Assembly (NCBI GenBank): GCA_030704615.1
Contig: CM060734.1
Location: 30,566,001 to 30,630,000 of the forward strand
DNA from: Takakia lepidozioides
Lineage: Eukaryota > Plantae > Bryophyta
DNA: 64,000 bases
Reading direction: 5' to 3'
Shown here: piece after piece, positions 11,301-28,763 of the stretch
Layout: every line of letters starts with the position of its first letter
How positions within the stretch are numbered: the first letter of the stretch is position 1
Translations under genes and position numbers: made by a program
Notes under the pieces: generated by a model
Told to the model about the DNA's origin: nothing
Databases searched by the model: none
What the model saw: the letters and a program-made list of their open reading frames with translations, nothing else

Positions 11301-11822
11301 TTCTGACCGGCCACTCTGCCTACGAGGAGGACACATCCGTCTGGGGATCCCATCTGGAAGGGCTTTAACGGAATGTGAAGGCTCCCATTAAAGCCAAAGA
11401 TTCCTCGGATTTGTCGGACTCGGAGGAAGAGACAGTGGACATTGATGCCGAGGAGAACCCGTAATACGAGTGAGTGCAAACATTGTAAGTTTGCAAAGCC
11501 TTCTCGGTGATTTTTTGTCAAACGCATTTCCGGACTGTGGTTCTCATTGGTCTCGTGGGTGATTGTTATGTGCAGGATTCCAGGATCCGGGTCGAAACAT
11601 GTAGGGCCTACACTTCTTGCCAGGACAAATGTCCCGTTCTTTGCGAGGGCCGACTTCATGAAGAGCCCGGTGAAGGACTACTCCCTTCCTAGTTATGCAG
11701 CTAAACTCGCAAATACAGCGATTAGACGATGTGAGAATCCCAGTAAAATAGAGCAGATTTTGGAGAGGGCGAGCGAGGACAGAAGGATAAGGAAAGAGTT
11801 GGCAGCAGCTGAGACACACTGA
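8382..11822 (+). pseudogene. Multi-exon accessory gene with a C-terminal beta-class N6A/N4C DNA-methyltransferase-like domain (5'-truncated, frameshifted)
   Basis: Exon-by-exon homology to 45876-51414: TWYRLT/TWYSLT (same intron position), IADPALG/IADPSLG, TLEDYVTRF/TLEAYIKRW, AHLVGCPWYL/AHFRDCGWYL, VNESFLA, GIPDGEPV/EIPDSFPV, WTCINTL/WTCISTL, and TEACTDLEGRVLDLICGTG (SAM-binding motif I, about 11115-11171). Confidence 0.75.
8483..8657 (+). repeat. Recent tandem duplication of about 84-91 bp inside an exon
   Basis: catgttcgccgaaatgc...gagctcattcaaaaa(a)gccctggcaaaaacagaccggacatggtatcgcctcactatggatggaatg occurs twice. Confidence 0.9.
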
Positions 11823-12019
11823 CGCACTAGAAGCATTCGTGTCATTTACCACTGGGGTAACGACTATTTTGAGTCGTAAAAGTCAAAAAAATGGGATCGA
11901 CTGGAAGTTAGAAACGACTAGTTACAACAGACGTGGTAGTTAGGTTGGACATCCAATGATTGGAGTGGTAAAGGACGCAGACGCGCAAACAACTGCTCAG
12001 CAATTAATGCGATTAATGC

Positions 12020-12350
12020 TGAAGAACCACGTGGCGTAACACGGTCGGCCGCCCGTGTGTCTGACCTTTTGGCTGACTTTTACTTCTCCCTCCGGATGAG
12101 TGGACTGACTCACCCGGGCGCGGTGACACATGGACGCGGACGTGGATGCCGATGTGGCGGCACCACGACAAGCGGCAATGCTGCCGCGTGGCCACGGGCC
12201 CAAGATGCCACATCGCAGTCGGCCACATAACTTGGAGTGTTGCATGTCACGTGGCAACAACGACTGGCGAAGTCGACCGCACAACTGCCGGCAGACAAAT
12301 CCACGGGGACCACGTGGAGAGTGTGTGGATCGACGCGTGGCGTCGTCCCC
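12020..12350. repeat. GC-rich terminal region with repeated (C/G)ACGTGGC motifs; candidate element end
   Basis: Multiple ccacgtggc/gatgtggc/gcgtggc motifs ending in CCCCATG, like the end of the 42.6-51.9 kb element (GACGTGGCG...CCCCATG). Confidence 0.45.
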
Positions 12351-13514
12351 ATGCAATGGCAGTGAGGGGTATGACTGCTAGTGGAAAGACGCAGAGTGCT
12401 TGTGCCCTCTCGGGACTGCTTTGGCCAACTCCGCTGTCACTGTGCTAGTTGGTTGCACTACAGTAGGAAAGTACTGCAAACGAGCACTTGTAGTGGTTTG
12501 TATGAGTTGTCCAAATGACTTGCATTCTAAGCTGAAAGTATGGTTCTAATGCATTCTAGTGGTTTTAGTGGTTCACCCATATGCAGGGAGAATTGAGAAG
12601 CATTGATATTGGGCGAGACTCAGAACACAGACCACGATGCATGCACAACATCACGCTAATGAACCAAATAGACATAGTCCAGGGAGACCAAAGACCATCA
12701 CACATACACATAGAAGGTGTACGGACACAACGACAAGTCAGGAAAATGTGATATTACATTCAAATAAGAGACCGTCACGGCACACCTGCGTATGAGCAAG
12801 ACAACATGCCAACATACATGGTTGCCGGACATCACATAAACTGTCATGGCCCAAATATTCAAAACTGGTAACGTGAGTATCATACACACTTCTATGAGTA
12901 AATAACAATGGAAAGTCCAGAACCAGATAGATTGTTCCCAAGCTTTGTAAAGTTCAACATCACAGAGCCGATGCACCTGCCTCCAATCGCAGCCGTTACT
13001 GCATATCATCTTTGTCATTTGGAAACTTCAAAATAACAAAGATATATTATTCCCAAAGGTATGCAGCCACAAAAACGTACATATGTACGTACAGAGCTGA
13101 CAGACAGACACATCACCTTCACCTAAAGGGATGCCATTTCTCCCCCCTTTCTCTGGAAGGGCGAAGACAGACACTAGACGAGAAACGTAGATAAACCAGC
13201 TTGCAACTCAGTTGCCTTCTCACCAAAGTGGCAAGTGACATTCACATGTTACACCGATCATCAATCATAACAAATACTACCAAAAGAGCACTACTGCCAA
13301 CACACTCAGATACCAAAACTTACAAACCAACGAAAAGGCTTTTGCCCAGAAAGAAGAAACAAAAGGATTGATCACCCTCATTCACAGTACTAAGTCTGGG
13401 GTATGCCAGACAGGGCGCTAGGCCTCCTAGCAACAAGGCGAGATGACATGCGGGCTATTCCAGGAGGAGACAGGCTGACTACACAGCCTTCCCCAACCAC
13501 AAACCTGGCCTACT

Positions 13515-18485
<4,971 letters not shown>

Positions 18486-19258
18486 CAAACCTAGTGAATA
18501 TGTCACCACCTCCTTCAAACTTCCTGTAAGACTCGTGGCTCCTGTGACGTGTTAAAACTCCCTACTGAATCGCTTCACTAATCCTGAAACCTAGAGGACC
18601 TCCTTCTCCACAGCCCTCCACCAGGGTCAGCTTTTACGTATTCCCAAGGCCACTACGCACAACAAACCACTTCCATGCTCGCATGGCCGGCGATCCACAT
18701 TACTTCACTTCACCGGGTTCAGGTTTTCACAACCACCTCAGACGCCCCGGGATTTGCCCGCTTTACCTCTTCCTTCTCCAATTCACAGACTCCACATCTG
18801 CCGCAGCACTGCAAACCAAACCAAACCACTCCCCCGCCACAACCTCAATCACGCTGTCACCCCCACTCCACGCATCGTGCTCACCCGGCGAATCAACAAA
18901 CCCCCGATCTGTCCCTTCCATTCACATGCATCGCCTCTGATCTCATAACCTCTTCCTACGTCCCCTCTAGTAACGGCCCCCTCGCTGAGCGACCGGACGC
19001 CCGCTTGCCGTTTCCCCCTATTGCTTCCGAGCGAGGGCTGGCTATGGCGGGCAAGCTACCCTAGCGAAGCTCGCGATGGCGGATGGGCGGCGCCATGGCC
19101 CCCTCCAACCCTGCCCGGCCCTGCCCTGCCTCGCCTCGCCTCGCCCCCTGCGTCGTCGCCTTGCCCTCTCGCTGCCCCTCCCCAACTACCTGCAATTCTC
19201 GTCGGGAACCCTTGTTAATGCCCCGCACGGATGTACAGTGCTGTGGATGGATGAAATC

Positions 19259-19268
19259 CTATATATAG
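19259..19268 (-). promoter_or_regulatory. Putative TATA box of the CK1 gene
   Basis: CTATATATAG about 780 bp upstream of the ATG, just upstream of a GC-rich putative 5'UTR; supported by position only. Confidence 0.35.
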
Positions 19269-20199
19269 CACTTGCGCCTTAAAGGCGCGGGTGGCATCGC
19301 AACGCGGAATTGGAAGCCCCCGATTCCTTGTGTAATTAAGGCCTTTTCACCTCCCGCATTTACCCCCCCTACTATCGTCCAACGGACGACAGTTGGTGCG
19401 CTCATCTTTTCATCCACGGCCTCTCATCCCACGTCGTCTCTCTCGTCTCGCTCGTCTCGCGGCATCAAATGTTGCCAGCAAGACTCTGGATTTGAATCGT
19501 CGTGGTGTGGTGAGGGAAATGGTATCTTGTCAGTGGGTGAGAGAGAGTGGAGGGGAGTGAGGGAGTGAGCAAGCGCGGGCCCCGTGACAAGCAGTCTGGA
19601 CATGAATCCACATTAGTCGAACCGGCGATGAGGTTCGAGGTTGAGGGGCCCCAAAGAGCCCATGCAGGGCCAAGGGGAAGTGGCTCTTCTTTGCATTGGC
19701 GTCAGTGAGAGTATTGTTTATTCTTGTGATCATTTTCGCTGGAGTTTTGCTTCCCCAGTCTCGGCTGACTCTGTACTGAGACTGCATGGTTCAGCTTTTG
19801 GGAAAGCTCGTGTAGAAAGAACTTGGGATATGGACAATCCGAACTTCTAGTTTGTGGCATGGATTAAGAAGAGATCAGGTTGGTGGACATCTTGCACCAG
19901 CATCTCACCCACCTTGGAATGATTTCTGTATGTTCCAACGCAATCACAAGCAGAACAAGTACATAGTCATGTCTATGATCCCAATGAATTGGACTGAAAC
20001 AAAACGGTTGTGTTGAAAGAAAACATCTTCATCTGTATCAATGGTCTTGTAGGAACTAGGAAGTAGAAAACCTTAGATGTATCAGACACATCACATGCCA
20101 GTTCTAATTATATATAGAGAAAACGAATTGTATGGTGTGCTTCGTGATGTACTGGGCATTCACAAAAACCTCATCTTACATCTTTTTTGGTAGCTTCAT

Positions 20200-20800
20200 G
20201 GTCTGCATGGCATTCAATATTCTGATGTGAATTTTACAGTCGCATGTCAGATCTCACCTCAAAATTCTGCCATTCCTAACATAAACTCAGAACTCCAAAA
20301 AGTATTCTTCTGTGCAATTCAGAAATTTTGTTACAACTTCCAGAGTTGTATGACTTACTGTAACGGCTACAATTAACATGTGAAATGCACACAGGCTCAT
20401 GCCACCAAGGTTTCTCCCTTGAAAACTGAAAGAGCAATAGGAGATAAACAATCCTCGCCTAGCCGTCATGAGCTTCTGGCTGAATGCCCTTCCAGGATAC
20501 TCTTTCCTCAACAGTAACAAAATAACCGCGCTCTTGCTTGTATCTTACGAATAGTGTTTCCTCTCTGGTGTACATAATAGTCCCCCTTTACTCCTCCACC
20601 AGACCCTCGCTCAATTTGGGCCTAGTGGAAATTCCAGCTCAAACTTGGATGCACATAGGGCAAATAGGCGCGAAACTGGAGTCTTCTTTTGGGAGATTGA
20701 TCAAGGTGGTAAGGTACCAGTGACGCATCATCTCCACCATTACAGTCATCTGAGCCCCCTTTTGAAGAGTGGATTCCCCTCCCCCCCTGTGTTTTTAGGA
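20200..20800 (-). repeat. Diverged duplicate of the NAL1-like gene 3' end (last codons plus 3'UTR)
   Basis: cattcaatattctgatg...tcagatctcacc at about 20210 and 21085; gagattgatcaaggtg...gtcatctg.gcccc at about 20692-20760 and 21510-21580. Confidence 0.75.
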
Positions 20801-21563
20801 AAGCATCCACATCTCATTCATATTTTAGATGTTCTCATTATGCTGTTTGCCTCTTTATGGATGCTTTTCAGTATGAGTTGTAACCTTGGGGGAAGAGCAC
20901 TCTTGAAATTACATAGAGATTTCAAATGAAAACTCACATTCCAATTCTTAAGTGTAGTCAGGAGAGTATCTTGTCATATGTATACTTTGTGATGGATACT
21001 TTCCATACTTTGACCTGTACAAGCTAAAAAGCCTCCGGACTACATTTTTCTTGGTAGGAGTTACTGTCCTCATTGTCTACATGTCATTCAATATTCTGAT
21101 GCGAATTTAGTCGCAAGGGTCAGATCTCACCCCAAATTTCTGACGTAAACTTCTTCCAAAGGCATTCTACAAGGCATCCAGAACTACCTCAGTTTTGCAT
21201 AGGACTTACAAGAAAGACTACTTTTGATGGTCCTTCCAAGTTTGTCAACTCATAGGAGCAATCAAGGTTTGAGTTTTCCCTCTCAAACTGAAGAGCAGTA
21301 TGAGAGAAACAATTCCTCACCTAGCTGTAATAAGCCCTTCCAGCTCGCGCTTTCTTCAGTTATAATCTACAATATTATAATGACGTTTTTTCTTGTATCT
21401 CACTAGTGTTCCATCCCGGAAAAACATTAAGAAAAGATATTCAGAAGAAAATATCCTCTTCAGTCGTTCGGCTCTCAAACTTGGATCCAAAATAAAGAAG
21501 TGCAAAACTGGAGATTGATCAAGGTGATGAGGTCCCAGGGACACACCATCCACACCTTTACTG

Positions 21564-24500
21564 TCATCTGGGCCCCCTTCTTAGAGTAGTTTCCTCTGCC
21601 TCCCTCTCTCTTTTCTGTGGGCAAACAGCACCCTTCCCCCTCTGTTTGCTCTGGCCTCCCGGCAACATCTCAACATGCTGATGGATATCATTGTCTGCGC
21701 CCAATAATGGCCCTGGTGGTCTCACATTCAAGTCAGCACCCACAAGGGATGAGCTCCCCTGTCTAATACTCCCACATGGTTCAACATCATTTTCCCTGGT
21801 GGTCGTCAGAGAGCAAACTGGCCTTTGATCCACCTTTTCTTTTCTTTTCTGGTGGAGAAGATCACCCTGCCCCCTTTCTGCAGCCGAGCCCAATGGCAGC
21901 ATCCCTACACGATCAAAGAACTGGTGCTCTCTGACAGATGAGGGCCCTGATGGTCTCACAAAGTCTGCACCCCCAAGAACAGTATAACCTAGGCTATTTG
22001 CACTTGGTTGACCGTCGGTTCCATTAATGGTCATGGATGGAAAGTCCTCATCAGCGCTTGAATACAAGTCCGAGCCATCCAAACCCATGGTAGGTTTGCT
22101 TACCTCATCCAATTCAATCACTTCATTCTTTGTCATGCCAGGTCTCACGGAGGCACCCATTATTAAATGCTGTCGCATACCTATAGCTTCTGAAAACACA
22201 TTCACAAATACAAGGTTAACACAAAGCATGTCCTGAGAGTGTTGGCCATCCAAGTACTTGCCTTCCATATATGCATGCATGAATGCAAAAAGGAAAAAGC
22301 CAAAGCACAGGCTAACAGACAAACTCAAGGGCTTTGCTGCAAGCTGTTCTAAAGTCAACGAACAGCTCGCATTTTCATACCCACACCTACCAATACATCA
22401 CCTCACCCCTACAGAAGATCCATGGTGATGAATGCATGCGTCCAAGCACACCACCCTAGCTCTTACCAACTAGTGTCAAATGTGGTTTGCCAGATCTAGT
22501 ACTCCAAAGTTCCTAACATGGGTTTCTTTTATCAATGACCATTACATACACAGAAGGTATCCCGAAAGCAGAAACTAGCAAGAATGCACTCAAAGCAAAC
22601 CTACCAACCCTCCCATAAGCCCGATTGCAGAATAGACACAGACCCCAAATATAGTTCTTGCAAGGTCTTTTTAACAGCCAACACAATAACTATTGAAAAA
22701 TACCCACCAGAATCAACCTTCTTGCAAAAAAGTAAGAAAGACATTAGAAAGCAAGTATACTACAACAACACACCAAACAGACAACACTTCTTAACTTTTT
22801 CAAAAGGAGACTCGAAGCGTACCCTTCAATTTTAAGCAACTTTAATAACATGAACATTTGTGAGAGACAAACGACTCCTTAGAGCAAAGTATAAAGAACC
22901 TATAGAACTGGCTTGTGGTATCACCATAATTAACCATGCCCAAAATGTTGGTATCAATGTGAGGCATTCTTTCATTCGCATGCCAGCAGATTCAGGTTGA
23001 GACTGCTTGTCAAAAATGTCAATTTGAAAACCTTTAGGAACTTGGTGATTGCAAAGGAAGTTACAAGCACTTCCTGTACACAGACAAATCAACTCACAAG
23101 AGTCTGTGGGATGGAGACCAACAAACGAGCTATAGAAGTCTCATGCCCTAAATCAGAACACTCTGGAAGATGAGGAACTGAAAGATCATCCAAAAACCTT
23201 CTTACCAAAGACAATTTCTTACAGTTACAGGGCAGGTCCCAAGGTCAATCAAGTCTTTCCATGAACATGAGCTCTTAAGGATAGGTTAAATACAAGTTGT
23301 CAACCTAGAAGTCCAATCAAGAAGTCCAATCCAGTCAATCCGTAGCTTCAGCTACTTTGAAGTTGTGAATCTTATCCGTGGATTCCAACTGTAGTTAAGC
23401 AGGACAAGTTTATATTTGTGACTAAGAAACATGCAATTAAAAACTTGGGAGAAACCAACTTGCGCAGCCTCCCCTTTAGGTCAAGTAAGTTGATCCTGGC
23501 GTATCACGTTGAGAAGTCAAAGGGTTGCAATACAAGGGGGGACTTTGCCCATCCAGAAGGGTTGAAGTATTTTAGTACCTCAACCACTTCAGAAGAATTC
23601 TTCCAAACCCAGCTACTTTCCGAAGGAACATCCACTTTAGAAGGAGGTCATTCACTACAGGAAGAAGTGCTTAATAGAAAGGACATAGCCATTGGGAAAC
23701 TTTCATGAGGGAAGTATTGCAGGCAGCATTTTATAGTGAGGACGTGATCCTCTGTAGTCACCTGTTGAATTACTAAAGCTGTAAATGGAAAAAGCATCAG
23801 ACAGACAAACCTTGCAGGCGTTCCCGGTTGATGATTAAATCAAGCTGGAGAACATCTAAAAGACGACCGAGATCGACCCCACTTGTCCAATTCTCTGGCT
23901 CAAGGTCATTGCGGAGCTTAAGACGCCCCCGATTATTAGTGCCACCCCAAATGATCCCAACCGGTCGCGGTTTCTCTGCCTCCTCTCCTTCCCAAGTCAA
24001 CAAAATCAAGCTCCCACTATCACCTTCCAAGTCAAATGTCTGCTTGTTCTCACCCACTATGAGGAAGTCGGTCAAAAAGCATACGCCCTTGTCATCATTG
24101 TACTCTACAGCATATGCCATTATAATACCATGGGTGAGGCCTGAGCTTCTGCCAACCTTGACCACGTGCTTGCCAACCAAGCTGCATATGGGGGCCTGCA
24201 AGTCCACTCGCATCACATCCCCCATTCCTCCCACACCTTTCACAGTTGTAGTCACCTTCGACAAGTCAAACGTGTCTGTGAAAGGAACAAAAGCACCATC
24301 TGCCCTCACAAATGTCTCTGCATGAACACCAAACGATATGACTCACCAAACGCAAGAAACTGAAGTAAAAACAAGTGGAATTATCTCAAGAAAATCTCTA
24401 TAGTAGATTTTTTTAATTATACTTTTGAGTTTGTGAACAATGCATCGCTACAATGAAATGGAACCTAAAACACAATTGGCCAAGAAAGAACCAAAGTGAG

Positions 24501-27204
24501 AATCATCCTAACAGTGGCTGGCACAAGCAAGGCCAATAGCATGCTTTGACATAACCCGTTTCCCTACTGGGTCGAGGAATCTATCATTTGGTAGTCAGTG
24601 ATTCTAAACTAGTATGAATATATACTCTTAATAAGTGACTAATGTTCTAGGTCTTTCCATCCTAGTATGAATATATATTCTTAATAAGTGACTAATGTTC
24701 TAGGTCTTTCCATCCTTGCGAGGACAAACTCAATACTGGGAAATATATTTATATCAGAGTCAGAGTAGAGAAATGTGTTTCAACTGGAAGCTTCTTCTAG
24801 ACAACTCTTCAACAATCAGTATTGACACGACAGGAAAGCCTAAGGGGAATCATACAAGCTGTGGAAATGGACATTCATCATACCTTCATGACCGAGAAAC
24901 TACAATGGAAGTGAAAAACAAGTGAGGAGAGGCAGACCTGGATTCATGCCAGCAAAGATGCCATACCATATATCATCCTTGACAAAAGATGCGGCTCGCT
25001 CCACAGCCCCCAAATAAACCCCCGGACCAAGATTCGGTGGTAGAGGATGAAACATCTTATGATTAGGGTAGTCCAAGTCAACTGCCACATGGCGGTTGGT
25101 AAGGAAGCCAAGTTCACGACAGCCTATTTGGCTTTGGACTACAGCCCCAAGGGTGCCATATGTTTCCTGACTTGCCACCTGAAGTATTACAGAGTTCAAG
25201 TTAGACTTCTGTCATTGTCAATGTGTTGCCCGAGTTAGTTTTAGTCCAGCCGTATGACCTTGGTCCTTTCTAGACCAGGAATATGATGAAATCAACAGCC
25301 CCATCATCAAAAATTTCTTTTCACTTGCATTTCTATTGTTGGTATTGTTTCACATATTTAGGCCATTAGGAACCTCACCCCCATCTCAACGTTATACCAT
25401 TGGTTCTTGTTTAGAAGTGACCACAATCAGTGCCTTAGTCAAGACAGTAGGTAGGCCTTCCAACCCTACCACAACCACAACCAATCATCTGTAACGAGAT
25501 GTTCACCATTCGAACCTAAGCAAGTGATTGTTGGTGAAAGCTACCAACCACACCTTTCAGCTAAATCACTGTAAGGAGAACCTGGCTCACGCCCAGTGTG
25601 CTCAATATGCCAAAAACAGCTGGCTTGATTTCAAGCTGCCACCATACAGTTCTCATCTAGCCTTCAAGAAACTCCGAGTAGTGTCAACAATGTCCGTACT
25701 TTGTGGTAGAATTTTATGTTGCCTGGATTGCATCAAGGCCAGGGTGTGCATCGCTGTGATATGATGCTAATGTTGCCTGAAGTGCTGTTGCAAAGTACAG
25801 CACACCAGGGAACATCAACATTAATATATTAGGACTTCTATTATTTTGTGCTACGAAGCTCAAAAGCTCAGAGTAAAATGGTACTTCGGTACTCAAACTA
25901 GTATGTTTCTTAGAAAGTCATTAAGCTTACAAGGAAATATCTGCAGTTTTCTTTTATAGGCATCATGATTACATGCTGCAAGGTCTGGAAAATGGGTAGG
26001 TAGATGATTCAACAATTCGTTGTACTTAAAAACCTTGATTGCCAACTCTGTGTCGTTCAAGAATGGCATTCAAATGAAAATCCTGCAATCTTTCAACAAA
26101 GAAAGAGAATAGTAGCTCCTACCTTGGTTGCTTCAACTATGCTGCTTTGAAGTAATGAATTCACTTAAGATCTTGGTGCTTTTTCGAAGGAAACAAGATA
26201 CTACGCCTCAATCAGCTAAAACAGGATCCCATACCTGTGAGCCAGATCCAATGCAAGGGTCATTTCCTCTCAAGCCTTCAACCAGCTCCGAGTATATTTG
26301 CTCCTTGGAAATTGTTGTATGGGCCCCATAATAGGAAAATTCCACTACATCGATGTCACACCACACTCCTCCTGGTCCCTGTAGGTTTAAGCACATTAGA
26401 TCCCTGACCTGGAAACTGTAGGTTGGCGAAACAAACAAACTCTTTAAGACAGCGCCAGAGGGGTTTTGATGTAACTCATTGCATGTAAATCAGCAGTCAC
26501 TATCTCGTCTTTTCTATTTATGGAAGCTGAATAACTAAACTCCCCCCACAGTGCAAGGTTATTTTCCCTTAAAAACCAAGACGAAGGAGCAAGAGGCTGC
26601 AATAGAATTATGGTGACAGAAAAGAGTGCTTCACTGACTTTAAGATATCTAACAATCAGTCCCTTCATCCTTTACAAACTTTGTTTTCCCTGGCGCTCTG
26701 GACATTTAGAATGTGTACCTCAAGAAGAGGTGGAAACTTCTGAACATCAAGGAGCCATTGTGCGTGCACCTTCCGCGCTACAAAGACAATGATAGCAGGG
26801 ACGGTGGTGAGAGCTCCATGCCTTGTCCGGAAGCCAACGGCAGTGCCTAAGCTATATCGTCCAAGTGCCCTACTGTGAAAGGCCCGAATGGTCATGAGCT
26901 CCAAAAGTGTTGCTGCTTGCTGCCCTCTTGGCAGCCGTTTATCACTCTCCAACGCTTCCTTTTGGAGGGCAATGAAGTGGGCTGCTCTCTCTTCAGCAGA
27001 ACCATCAAGCCAACCTGATGGTGGCCAAATTACATACGCAGCACTGCTATTGTGGTTCGCGCCAGATGCGAAAGCCTTCAAGGGAGCAGTCACAGAGTGT
27101 AAAGGCCAACGGCCAGTAAAATACGTCCAGTCGTCACCCTTCCGCACTGTCCCAGCAGGCACAGAGTTGCGTTGTCTGCCACACAATAGACGTGTAATGT
27201 CCAT
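21564..27204 (-). CDS. NAL1: NARROW LEAF 1-like trypsin-family serine protease, about 6 exons
   Basis: QQAATLLELMTIRAFHS, SLGTAVGFR, GPGGVWCDIDVVEFSYYGA, VASQETYGTLGA, FLTNRHVAVDLDYP, VRADGAFVPF, KVGRSSGLT, FDLEGDSGSLI, GIIWGGTNNRGRLKL. Exons at about 27204-26719, 26378-26235, 25178-24938, 24319-23811, 23763-23456, 22187-21564; start codon uncertain. Confidence 0.9.
24609..24715. repeat. Tandem duplication of about 53 bp in an intron
   Basis: ctagtatgaatatata(c/t)tcttaataagtgactaatgttctaggtctttccatc twice. Confidence 0.9.
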
Positions 27205-28763
27205 CTCCGCACTGGGCCTACACCACACACATACTTCCTTGTCAGCATCATATATGTACATGAGAGCCTAGTAAAGTTTAAATCATATTCGAGAGGAGGC
27301 AAGCTCACCTCCAAAAGCTTTCAAAGGTCAAAGCAGGACAAAACATAAAGGAAAAACATAGGGAAGAATAAACCACAAATAAAAAGAGGGTTAGGAATCC
27401 ACAAAGAACGCTGTCTCATAGCTTAGGGAGTCAATTTAAGTTTATGAGGCAGGTGAGGGAGCTAACAACACATGCCCTTCTCCCATCACGAGCTGCTTCA
27501 TTCTCTTGAGGAGTACCTAGCAGTCCATAAACCTCAATTGCCTGCACCGGGATCCCGATACAACATACTCCTACGCTCCACGTACTTTTAAACTCTGACA
27601 GCCACCAGATAAGGCCGACCAAGCAACTGTTTACAGCGGTCCACTACCACAAGCATGAAACTGCGCGTCCCGTTAAAATTTTGTCAGATTAAAACTTGCG
27701 AGACGAGGCACATCTACACATTCTGGACGACTTCTGGAAACAACTCAAGCACAACACCCTCATCCTTCAACCAGACTGAAACAAACAAACACTCTTCCAA
27801 GGCCAAATAGCGCAACGCATGAGTCGAGCCACCTCTACGACTACTTTCCACTTTCCAAGATAACCCCAAGGACTAAACCACAACCCCGCAACCCGAACCA
27901 AACAAACACACACCCTTGACTCTTCTATCCAGCAATCAAGCAAGCAACGTACTGATCCAGATATCGCTCTCGCACCCCCAGCTTCGCTTCTTTCGCAAGA
28001 AGCCGCGGATAACCCCTGCTGGACTCGGGGCGAAGGCCCTTCATGACAAAATCCAACGCCAATACAAACACAATTTATCGCATGCACCACCTCACCGCCT
28101 CCAACAATGCGAATCACGGCCTTGTCTCTCACGCATGCAATCTCTCACGACCCCGCCATGAGGCACCTTCCTACCTACCTACCTACCTACCCAGAGAACG
28201 CGGCCTCACACACACAGCGCTCTGCCCTCCTCTCGTCTTTTCTCTCTCTCTCTCTCCCTCTCGCTCGCTCGCTCGCTCGTCTCATTCTGTCGCAGTGTCA
28301 CGGCCAAAAGGAGGCGTACGAGGCAGCCACGTGTCGTCGTACCAGATATTCATAGATCTCGCACAATCTACTGGGAAAGGACGAGTCATTGCGCCGACAT
28401 AACCCAAAAACAATACATATAAATAATTGTACCAATTAATATTGCGATTAATAGCGTAACAACTTACTACGATCGTGCCGACCCCGGAAATCCGGCGTAC
28501 CCGGGGTGTCACTCCGCCGCCGCCGCGATTACATGTTCCGGTACTCGTACAGCAGTCGGGCTTCGACATTCTATACTTGGATGAGATATTGTTTCTTTGA
28601 TGAGTGAAACTTGTTTCTATTTTATTTTGTTTTATTTTTATTATTTTTATTTTATATTGCTTCTGGATTTTCGAGTTGAAAATTTTGCTCCCAAAGTAGA
28701 GGGGGCTGGTATGGCTGTGGAGGTAGGAAGTGTTGCTCTCTTTCAGAAAGGCTGTTTGTGCCA

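Noticed and set aside
12484-12495. CACTA-type terminus (CTTGTAGTG, reverse complement CACTACAAG)
   Set aside because: Only 9 bp, no matching opposite TIR or CACTA transposase found in the window; cannot be excluded but unsupported.
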